In this document: one piece after another, positions 54,833 through 64,000 of the stretch
Layout of the letters: each line of letters starts with the position of its first letter
Numbering within the stretch: position 1 is the stretch's first letter
DNA from: Eledone cirrhosa
Taxonomy: Eukaryota
Assembly (NCBI GenBank): GCA_964016885.1
Contig: OZ024742.1
Location: forward strand, 496,001-560,000
Length of the DNA stretch: 64,000 nucleotides
Reading direction: 5' to 3'
The notes under the pieces: model-generated
Seen by the model: only the letters and a program-made list of their open reading frames with translations
Database searches by the model: none
Told to the model about the DNA's origin: nothing
Translations under genes and position numbers: made by a program

Positions 54833-56624
54833 CTATGTGTGTGTGACTGTGTGTGTGACTGTGTGTGACTGTGTGTGACTGTGTGTGTGACTATGTGTGA
54901 CTATGTATGTGCGACTATCTGTGACTGTATGTGTGACTGTATGACTGGCTGTGTGTGTAACTGTATGTGTGACTGTGTGACTATGTGTGTGACTGTGTAT
55001 GACTATGTGTATGACTGTGTGTGACTATGTATGTGTGACTGTGCAACTGTGTGACTATATGTGACTGTATGTGTGATTGTATATGTGACTATGTGTGACT
55101 GTGTGACTGTTTGTGACTGTGTGTGACTGTGTGTGTGTGACTGTGTGACTGTGTGTGTGACTGTGTGACTGTGTGACTATGTTCGACTGTGTGTATGACA
55201 TTGTTTGACTGTGTGACTGTGTCTGTATGTGTGACTGTGTAACTGTGTGTGTGACTGTGCGTGTGACTGTGCATGTGCGTGTGACTGTGCGTGTGACTGT
55301 GCGTGTGACTGTGTGTGTGACTGTATGTGTGAATGTGTATGTGTGAATGTGTGACTGTATGTGTGACTGTGTATGACTGACTGTATATGTGACTGTGTAT
55401 GACTGACTGTATATGTGACTGTGTATGACTGACTATGTTTGACTGTGTATGACTGATTGTATGTGTGACTGTGTGTGTATGACTGTGACTGTATGTGTGA
55501 CTGTGTATGACTGTGACTATGACTGTCTACTAAAACCTTCGGCACACATCTCTTAAACCGTACGTTCAAATTTCGGTGAAATTGCTACACTTATAGATGA
55601 AGGTCCGGCGGAACCATCGGTCAAATAAATTTTCAAATCGACCCACGCCAAGTGTAAAAATCGAATTTGTAATGTATTGATTTTTCAGTTCAAATGTATA
55701 AATAGAGATGAGAGACGAGTTATTTCCCTTTTATGGCGTCATTTGCTTATCTCTTTATGTTACGTATAAACGACGCGGTGGACCGAGAAGAACAATTTCA
55801 TGCAAAGAGAAGACCAAGTGTATGGTGTAAATGGAGTCGTTAGCCTAATATTCTATTTAAAATAACCGAATGATTTCCAGCCCCGGAGTTTAAGAATGAT
55901 GTAAATAAAATTGTAAACGAAAATGACAGGTTATTAAAATAGTTGTTTCTACTTTTGGCACCAGGCCAGCAATTAAACAGTACATTACTGGTACTTTATT
56001 TTATCGACCCCGTAAGGATGAAAGGCAAAGTTAACCTCGACGGGATTTTAACTTTGCCTTAACATAGTAAAAATAAATAGTGAAGATTTAGGCCAGTACA
56101 TATGTATGCACCGACGAACATACACATACTTATACATACGCACACACAAATACATACACACACACACACACACGTGCGCGTGCGCGCCTGTGTGTAAACC
56201 TTATGCATTTCTACAGTATTTTCAAACTTAAGACATAGGTTACTCATGTACTCCGGATGGTCATGGACACTTTCATTTTTCCAGATATTGATTATAGGGC
56301 CTCCCGGCGGATAACGCCCTTTAACCACTTCCTTGGAGTCGACTGAAGCACTGCAGTGCAATGCAAAAAAAACGTCATAACTTCTGGAGTTCGCAACAGA
56401 TTTTCACAAAACTTGACACATGGGATACGTTTGTTCTACAGATGAATGTGAACTCTCAGAATTGGCACATATTGAGTAGGGGACCCCTGAGGGCAGGAAC
56501 CCCCTTTTGGAAAAAGTCGATGAGTTTATAAAAGTATAGTTTTCGAAGCAGCACTGAAGTATTGACATAAATGGTATACATAACTGCTATTTAATACCCG
56601 AGCAACGCCGGGTACCTCTGCTAG
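54500..56624 (+). mobile_element. Non-autonomous Helitron-like element
   Basis: 5' A|TCTATATATATAAAA followed by (TGTC)n; 3' hairpin TACCCG-AGCAACGC-CGGGTA (56595-56614) then CTAG|T at 56621-56625; no TSD. Confidence 0.8.
55940..56052 (-). mobile_element. SINE family A fragment nested in the Helitron
   Basis: TTGTTTCTACTTTTGGCACCAGGCCAGCAATTA..GTTAACCTCGACGGGATTT is the reverse complement of 53121-53228. Confidence 0.8.
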
Positions 56625-56686
56625 TATATGATATAATAGGTGAGATTCTTAAGAAATATTTCTATAATTACAGTACATCTAGTAAC

Positions 56687-58577
56687 TGGTGGTGTGGTGT
56701 AGTGTAGTGGTGTGGTGTGTGGTGTAGTGGTGGTGTGGTGTAGTGGTGGTGTGTGGTGGTGTGGTGTAGTGGTGTGTGGTGGTGTGGTGTAGTGGTGTGT
56801 GGTGGTGTGGTGTAGTGGTGTGTGGTGGTGTGGTGGTGTGGTCTGGTGTGGTCTGGTGTGGTGGTGTAGTGGTCTGGTGTGGTGGTGTAGTGGTCTGGTG
56901 TGGTGGTGTGGTGTAGTGGTGTGGTGTGGTGTGGTGGTGTGGTGTAGTGGTGTGGTGTAGTGTAGTGGTGTGGTGTGGTGTAGTGTAGTGTAGTGTAGTG
57001 TAGTGGTGTAGTGGTGGTGTGGTGTAGTGGTGGTGTGGTGTAGTGGTGGTGTGGTGTAGTGGTGTGGTGTAGTGGTGTGGCAGTGTGGTGTAGTGGTGTG
57101 GTGTAGTGGTGTGGTGTGATGTGGTGTAGTAGTGTGGTGTAGTGTCGTGGTGTGGTGTAGTGGTGTGGTGTAGTGGTGGTGTGGTGTGGTGGTGTGGTGT
57201 AGTGTAGTGGTGTGGTGTAGTGGTGTGGTGTAGTGGTGTAGTGTAGTGGTGGTGTGGTGTAGTGTAGTGGTGTAGTGTAGTGTAGTGGTGTAGTGTAGTA
57301 GTGTAGTGGTGTGGTGTGGTGTGGTGGTGTGGTGTAGTGGTGGTGTGGTGTAGTGGTGGTGTGGTGTAGTGGTGGTGTGGTGTAGTGGTGTGGTAGTAGT
57401 GTGGTGTAGTAGTGTGGTGTAGTGTAGTGTAGTGGTGTGGTGTAGTGGTGGTGTGGTGTAGTGGTGTGGTGAAGTGGTGTGGTGAAGTGGTGTAGTGGTG
57501 TAGTGGTGTAGTGTAGTGGTGTGGTGTAGTGTAGTGTAGTGGTGTGGTGGTGTGGTGTAGTGTAGTGGTGTGGTGTAGTGGTGGTGTGGTGTAGTGGTGT
57601 GGTGTAGTGGTGGTGTAGTGTAGTGGTGGTGTGGTGTAGTGGTGGTGTGGTGTAGTGGTGGTGTGGTGTAGTGGTGTAGTGTAGTGGTGTAGTGTAGTGG
57701 TGTAGTGTAGTGGTGGTGTAGTGTAGTGTAGTGGTGGTGTGGTGTAGTGGTGTGGTGTGGTGTAGTGGTGTGGTGGTGTGGTGTAGTGGTGTGGTGTAGT
57801 GGTGTGGTGTAGTGGTGTGGTGTAGTGGTGTGGTGTAGTGGTGTGGTGTAGTGGTGTGGTGGTGTGGTGTAGTGGTGGTGTGGTGGTGTGGTGTAGTGGT
57901 GGTGTGGTGTAGTGGTGTGGTGTAGTGGTGGTGTAGTGGTGTGGTGTAGTGGTTGTGTGGTGTGGTGTGGTGGTTGTGTGGTGTAGTGGTTGTGTGGTGT
58001 AGTGGTGGTGTGGTGTAGTATAGTGGTGTGGTAGTGGTTTGGTGGTGGTGGTGGTGGTGTAGTGGTGGTGTTGTGGTGGTGTAGTGGTGTTGGTGGTGTT
58101 GTGGTGGTGGTGGTGTAGTGGTGGTGGTGGTGTAGTGGTGTTGGTGGTGTAGTGGTGTTGGTGGTGTTGGTGGTGTTGTGGTGTTGGTGGTGTTGTGGTG
58201 TTGGTGGTGTTGTGGTGGTGGTGGTGTAGTGGTGGTGGTGGTGTAGTGGTATTGGTGGCGTTGTGGTGGTGGTGGTGTCGTGGTTGTGGTGGTGGTGGTA
58301 TTGGTGGTGGTGGTATTGGTGGTGGTGGTGGTATTGGTGGTGGTGGTGGTATTGGTGGTGATAGTGGTATTGGTGTTGGTAGTGGTATTGGTGGTGGCGG
58401 TAGTGTTGTGGTGGTGTAGTGGTGGTAGTGTAGTGGTGGTGTAGTGGTGGTAGTGTAGTGGTGGTGGTGTGGTGATGTGGTGGTGTAGTGGTGTGGTGGT
58501 GGTGATATTGGTGGTGGTCGTATTGGTGGTGGTCGTAGTGTTGTAGTGGTGTGGTGGTGTGGTGGTGTGGTGGTAGT
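56687..58577. repeat. 1.9-kb GTG/GTGTG/GTGTA low-complexity tract
   Basis: Direct reading; 5-mer-dominated, grading into (GGT)n. Confidence 0.95.
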
Positions 58578-58622
58578 GGAGGCAGTGAAACTACAGTTTC
58601 ACAGTAACAATGTTAGATGAAA

Positions 58623-59475
58623 GAACACCTTTAATTAATGAACACAAAAAGAGGTAAAATAATTTACTTTGCCATCACCCCCTCCAGAACCACCACTGTA
58701 TGTGTGACTGTGTGTGTGTGTGTGACTGTGTGTGTGTGTGTGACTATGTGTGTGTGTGACTATGTGTGTGTGTGACTGTGTGACTGTGTGTGTGACTGTG
58801 TGTGTGACTATGTGTGTGACTATGTGTGTGACTATGTGTGTGTGACTATGTGTGTGTGACTATGTGTGCGACTGTATGTGTGACTATGTATGTGCGACTG
58901 TATCTGTGACTGTATGTGTGACTGTATGACTGGCTGTGTGTGTGACTGTGTGTGTGTAACTGTATGTGTGACTATGTGTGTGACTGTGTGACTATGTGTG
59001 TGACTATGTGTGTGACTATGTGTGTGACTATGTGTATGACTATGTGTATGACTATGTGTATGACTATGTGTGACTATGTATGTGTGACTATGTATGTGTG
59101 ACTGTGCAACTGTGTGACTATATGTGACTGTATGTGTGATTGTATATGTGACTGTGTGACTGTTTGTGATTGTGTGTGTGACTGTGTGACTGTGTGTGTG
59201 ACTGTGTGACTGTGTGACTATGTTCGACTGTGTGTATGACATTGTTTGACTGATTGTTTGACTGTGTGTGACTGTCTGTATGTGTGACTGTGTGTAACTG
59301 TATGTGTGACTGTGTGTGACTGTGCGTGTGACTGTGCGTGTGACTGTGCGTATGACTATGTGTGAATGTGTGACTATGTTTGACTGTGTATGACTGATTG
59401 TATGTGTGACTGTGTGTGTGTGATTGTGTGTATGACTGTGACTGTATGTGTGACTGTGTATGACTGTGACTATGT
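58623..59475 (+). repeat. Unique 75-bp leader plus (GTGACT)-type tract, duplicated at 54662-55522
   Basis: Matching GAACACCTTTAATTAATGAACAC...CCAGAACCACCACTGTATG leader and the same ordered rare variants (GACTGGCTG, GTGCAACT, TGTTCGAC, GACATTGTTT). Confidence 0.92.
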
Positions 59476-60173
59476 GTGTGTTTCTGTCTCCACACATGTC
59501 TTCATGTTAAGTCTTTAAAAACCCCAGGTGTCATTTGTTTATGTCATACAGATTCACAGTTGACAAACAATAATAGGTACCTAAGTTGGTCCTACTGTAT
59601 AGCCTCAGCCTCACCAATGTCTTAAAAACAATAACTAAAACTGTTGGCATCAATAAGTTCATCATAAAACTCAATGTTTTAGATCAAGTATGTATAATAA
59701 CATCTCTATAGAGTAAAAAAACTTGTCATGTCATGTTTTCTTGTTTTTTCCAGGCTTGAGAGAACACAATAACACATATCTATCATCAACAGCTTCCCTA
59801 CCAATGGTAGTCCTTTTTTGCAACAACGTAGACTGATACATAAACAGTTTTTTTGTTTTTGTCATGTTGCCAATCAAAACACATGCACTAGTGAATTTCA
59901 CTTCAGTTTTATAATTAATCAGGTAAATAATCCATCAATCAGTTGGTTTAGCCAACTAACTGATTAACTGTTAAAGTCCTTTCATCACAATCTGTCACCT
60001 CATCATTGACTCTTTCCCTCTCTGTCCACAATACACCATTGTTTACCTCTTAATTCTACTACAAGTAATTATTACAAAGGATATCACTATTGGTCAACTT
60101 ACTGCTAGTTTATGTGGTTCAAAATATCTCACACACACACTATATCACGCACACACACACACAGCACACTATA

Positions 60174-60206
<33 letters not shown>

Positions 60207-60236
60207 ATATCTCACACACACACAGCACACACTATA

Positions 60237-60269
<33 letters not shown>

Positions 60270-61117
60270 ATATCACACATACACTATATCTCACACACAA
60301 TATATCAAACACACACACACAATATATCAAACACACACACAATATCACACACACACAAAAGCAGAGAAACAATCAGAATTAGTTCTGTTGATATATTTGC
60401 GTGTTATATCCACACAGAGAGGACAGCACTAAATTGGCAGTAAGTGTATCTTGGTTAATAATATGAAGTCAGTCAGTGAGTCTTGTAATTATATTGTTAG
60501 CAAATAATATAATAGACAACTACAAGAAACATTTTAACTATGCTATATATACACACACGCAAATATGTATGTGTGTGATATATATTAACTATAGGTCACA
60601 TTGTGATGGAGTGTGTATGTAATAGATTGTGAAGAAGTAGAAAAAGAGAGGATTAGAAAGGACGGCGGTATGAAGTTTAAAAATAACTGAATAACTTGGG
60701 TTTAATCTATAATTAGGTTCCAGATCAATATTGCAGCCCACCCTTAACAGTTCAGTTATGTGTGGAAGGCTGCCTGCACTTCATTAATTACTAGTTCAAG
60801 CTATGCTGTTCCTATGTTTGGCAATTAGTACTTTCATATTTACTAAAGTAGAGCTGAGGTGAACTGGAGATAGCTACAATATTGTTAGTTGCAGTAGGGA
60901 GTTAATTTGGCTGGGTGTTTTACATAACTATCTGCTGGATCATAGCTTGAAGTACAGGCCCTGACAAAACAGGGCTAGGGTGTAATAGAACTAAAAAAAT
61001 AGCTGGTGTTTTACATAACTATCTGCTGGATCAAATTCAGACCCTAGTAAAGAGGACAAGAAAGAGAAAATATGGGAAGAGGATCCAACCCCAAAATAAG
61101 ATTTGATGATATATATA

Positions 61118-61260
61118 ACCTGTAAATGTGGTTGGCATCCAGCTGTAGAAACCAAGCCAGAAACAGTTCTCTATGAGCAAGACATAGACATCTGACCTGG
61201 CTTGTCTCACAATGAGACAACTTGTCAAACCCATGCTAGCAAGGAAAAATGGTGATGATG

Positions 61261-61262
<2 letters not shown>
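61118..61262 (+). mobile_element. 3' half of an RTE-tailed SINE
   Basis: GGCATCCAGCTGTAGAAACC..GTCAAACCCATGCTAGCAAGGAAAA..GATGATG. The tail resembles the RTE 3' end at 13355-13404; inverted copy at 62428-62549. Confidence 0.75.
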
Positions 61263-61292
<30 letters not shown>

Positions 61293-61298
<6 letters not shown>

Positions 61299-61511
61299 TG
61301 TAATAAACAATGTAAGATAATTATTTCATTTACCAAAGGTTTCACGAAGACAGACGAGCTTGACACTTACGTCTGCCTTTAATATCAGAATGATTAAGAT
61401 TTTAATAAATTCATTCTGATATTGAAGGCAGACGTAAGTGTGAAGCTTGTCTGTCTTTATGAAACCTTTGGGAAATGAAATAATTATCTTATGTTGTTTA
61501 TTACATAACTA
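61293..61511. repeat. Foldback palindrome with 101-bp arms and a 17-nt loop
   Basis: 61293-61393 versus the reverse complement of 61411-61511 shows about 8 mismatches by eye. Adjacent to (TA)n. Confidence 0.92.
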
Positions 61512-61571
61512 AAAAGCTATGTAGCCTACAGAGCACTCTCTTTTCCTTTACCTTTCCTAAGGAAATACTTC

Positions 61572-61602
<31 letters not shown>

Positions 61603-61624
61603 TGGAAACTGCTTCGAAGAATCG

Positions 61625-61721
61625 AGACTTATCTGAGGATCTTACGATTTCAGAGTCAGGTTCGATCATTGCATCGATCGTGCCTCGAGTTGGTCGCCAG
61701 AGAAACGATTGTAATATGTCT
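61625..61721 (+). ncRNA. Type I hammerhead ribozyme motif in a ~245-bp (TA)n-flanked element
   Basis: Stem I AGACTTAT/ATATGTCT (7 of 8 pairs); CTGAGGA 61633-61639; stem II TCT..CGATT / GGTCG..AGA; GAAAC 61702-61706; loop GATT; GTA 61711-61713; AATAAA 61722-61727. Confidence 0.75.
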
Positions 61722-61855
61722 AATAAATGTTAATTCGTCGCACCACTGATTCTCCGTTTCTTATGTGATACTATACTCTGCTCTGTAAAAGCACCGAGTG
61801 TTCATACGGTCTACTGCATACGGACTCTTTAAGCATCCCTCACCAATTATATATA

Positions 61856-62182
61856 TCATCATCATCATTTTACGTCTGCTTTTCCCTGCTTGCAAGGGTG
61901 GAACGGGAACTGATTCTGGCTTGATTTCTACAGCTGGATGCCCTTCCTAACACCAACCTCATTTACAGGTGCTTTTTTTGCCGTGGCACCTCCACGACCA
62001 CTTTGCAGTGGAATGATATGAAACCCCAGTCCCTATCATCTCATTTCTACAGCTGAGTAAACTGGAGGAATGTGAAATAAAGTGTCTTGCTCAAGGAAAC
62101 AACACATCACCCAGTCTGAGAATTGAACTCACAACCTTTTGATTGCAAGGCCAATGCTCTAACCACTAAGCCATGTGCCTCC
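61856..62182 (-). mobile_element. Full-length tRNA-derived SINE with RTE-derived 3' tail
   Basis: Head GGAGGCACATGGCTTAGTGGTTAGAGC (A box) and GAGTTCAATTCTC (B box); body CCTTGAGCAAGACACTT; tail CCACCCTTGCAAGCAGGGAAAAGCAGACGTA..(GAT)n as in the LINE end at 10315-10356. Confidence 0.88.
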
Positions 62183-62204
62183 ATATATATATATATATAT
62201 ATAT

Positions 62205-62407
62205 AACAAAGGAATTGTGGTAAGGAACCAGATGGACCATAACGCACCAGAGTACTCAATACTTAGGGTAGTAGAGTGGGTAATAGGAATAAGTAGGACC
62301 CCGACGACAGAGCTCGAGCTGTTTCGACGGCTATTTCTGGACTATTCCGTCCAGAAATAGCCGTCGAAACAGCTCGAGCTCTGCCGTCGGGTCATACTTT
62401 TTCCTAT
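62205..62407. repeat. Asymmetric foldback element between (TA)n tracts
   Basis: Perfect 35-bp stem 62308-62342 / 62349-62383 with TATTCC loop, extending imperfectly to ~62283/62407. The long arm matches 1-120. Confidence 0.92.
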
Positions 62408-62427
62408 ATATATATATATATATATAT

Positions 62428-62549
62428 CATCATCATTTAACATCCATTTTCCTTGCTAGCATGAGTTTGACAAGTTGTCCCATTGTGAGACAAGCCAGGT
62501 CAGATGTTCATGTGTTGCTTATGTAAAACTGTTTCTGGCTTGGTTTCTA
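62428..62549 (-). mobile_element. 3' half of an RTE-tailed SINE, inverted relative to 61118-61262
   Basis: CATCATTTAACATCCATTTTCCTTGCTAGCATG..GAGACAAGCCAGGTCAGATGT..CTGGCTTGGTTTCTA. Confidence 0.8.
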
Positions 62550-62671
62550 TGAAGGACCAGCCATCAGAGATGGTTCTTCCACAACAACAACAATAGTAAC
62601 AAGATATTCTGAGGGGGTAAAAACAAGAAAAAAAACCATAAAAACTGAAAACTCCTTAAAAAACGAGTTAC

Positions 62672-62758
62672 CTTCTTGGAGGTCATCATTTCTATTGTCT
62701 GGTACCAGCAATTACATTGTTCTTGAAGTAGTTGGCCCCAGTGACTTCCACAAAAGAC
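62672..62758 (-). other. Candidate 87-nt exon of an unidentified host gene
   Basis: Strong acceptor TTTCTCTTTCCTTCTCTTCAG| and donor AAG|GTAACT; length divisible by 3; open only in phase 0 (VFCGSHWGQLLQEQCNCWYQTIEMMTSKK). No homology recognised. Confidence 0.45.
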
Positions 62759-63092
62759 CTGAAGAGAAGGAAAGAGAAATATATTTTCACAGTGAGATAA
62801 CAGTTTAAAACAATCTAACATTAATGGTGGTGGTAGTGGTGGTAGTGGTGGTGGTAGTGGTGGTGGTAGTGGTGGTGGTGGTGGTGGTGGTGGTGGTGGT
62901 GGTGGTGGTAGGTGGTGGTGGTGGTGGTGGTAGTGGTGGTGGTGGTAGTAGCGGTGATGATGATGTCGATAATTCTAATTGTGTCCAACAGAGGCAACAG
63001 TAAAGTGCGAGAGGCTTAGAGAAGATGTGAGAAGGAAGCTAGCAACAACAGCAAGGTATTTACTGTCAGTTGGCCACTACAGCAGCTTAGAT

Positions 63093-63436
63093 AATAATTG
63101 TTTCTACTTTTGGCACAAGGCCAGCAATTACCCAGTACATTACTGGTACTTTATTTTATCGACCCCGTAAGGATGAAAGGCAAAGTTAACCTAAGCGGGA
63201 TTTGAACTCAGATCATAAAGGGGGGTAACTCTATGCTTCAAAGCATGGCGTACGACCCTCTACTAATACTGCCAATCCAAATAATGGAAGTACAAACATA
63301 CAAGAATAACAATTATGATTTTAGGTACAAAGCCAACAATTTTAGGAGAGGAAAATTGATTAAATCAACACCAGTGCATTACTGGTATTTTATTTTATCA
63401 ACCGCATAAGTATAAAAGGCAGAGCTAACCTGAGCG
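63093..63436 (-). mobile_element. Two adjacent SINE family A copies
   Basis: TTGTTTCTACTTTTGGCAC..GGATTTGAACTCAGA (63098-63211) and a more decayed copy ending TAACCTGAGCGGA (~63310-63438). Confidence 0.75.
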
Positions 63437-63529
63437 GAGGAGGTGGTGGTAAAGGTGGTCGCGGCAGAGCAGATGTGGAAATAAGAAATATTTTAAAGAC
63501 AGAAATGGGTCTCTAGTGGGAGATGAGAT

Positions 63530-64000
63530 TTAACCCTTGAGCATTTAAACAGGCCATATCCGGCCAGAATTCTCTCATCTCTTTCTGTTGAAACTGGTCG
63601 TAACCGGCAACACATACCAATGTTAAGGTATTGTTCTCAAAATAATTAATATCAAAACCTCATAGATTCGATATTATGTGAGGTAATTATGTAACATAAA
63701 ACCTTTACCGTGAAAATACAATAGTATATATAGAGTAATGTAAATGTTATGTGAGATATTATGTGAGGTAAAGCCTTTACTGTGAAAATACAATAGTATA
63801 TATAGAGTAATGTAAATGTTATGTGAGATATTATGTGAGGTAAAGCCTTTACTGTGAAAATATAATAGTATATATAGAGTAATGTAAATGTTATGTGAGA
63901 TATTATGTGAGGTAAAGCCTTTACTGTGAAAATACAATAGTATATATAGAGTAATGTAAATGTTATGTGAGATATTATGTGAGGTAAAGCCTTTACTGTG
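63530..64000 (+). mobile_element. TTAA-CCCTT MITE-like start followed by a 72-bp tandem repeat (>=4 copies, runs off the window)
   Basis: TTAACCCTTGAGCATTTAAAC at 63530; unit AAAGCCTTTACTGTGAAAATACAATAG...GATATTATGTGAGGT from ~63700 (24-aa period in the ORF track). Confidence 0.7.

Noticed and set aside
56687-58577. Telomere-like GT-rich tract
   Set aside because: No TTAGGG or TTAGG units; irregular 3/5-mer low complexity.
59754-59835. Possible plus-strand exon after TTTTTTCCAG
   Set aside because: Weak donor, early stops and no recognisable product.

Overview
AT-rich, repeat-saturated eukaryotic DNA. The SINE, RTE and TTAA-MITE repertoire looks cephalopod (octopus-like); this is an inference from recognition, not a database result. 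No intact host gene is visible, only one candidate 87-nt exon. Over half the window (19.2-52.8 kb) is one 30-bp satellite of about 1,100 units, with homogeneous ends and a higher-order-repeat core; most ORFs in the track are read-throughs of it. The flanks hold a 5'-truncated Penelope-like (Naiad-type RT + GIY-YIG) element, RTE LINE fragments (one with a twin-priming-type inversion and a 10-bp TSD), tRNA-derived SINEs, a non-autonomous Helitron carrying a copy of neighbouring DNA, and minisatellites grown from MITE termini. The most notable hidden signal is three hammerhead-ribozyme motifs with intact cores, plus relics, beside (TA)n tracts. Two of them, 61 kb apart, have divergent stems but share an identically placed AGAGTCAGGT motif in a long stem II.
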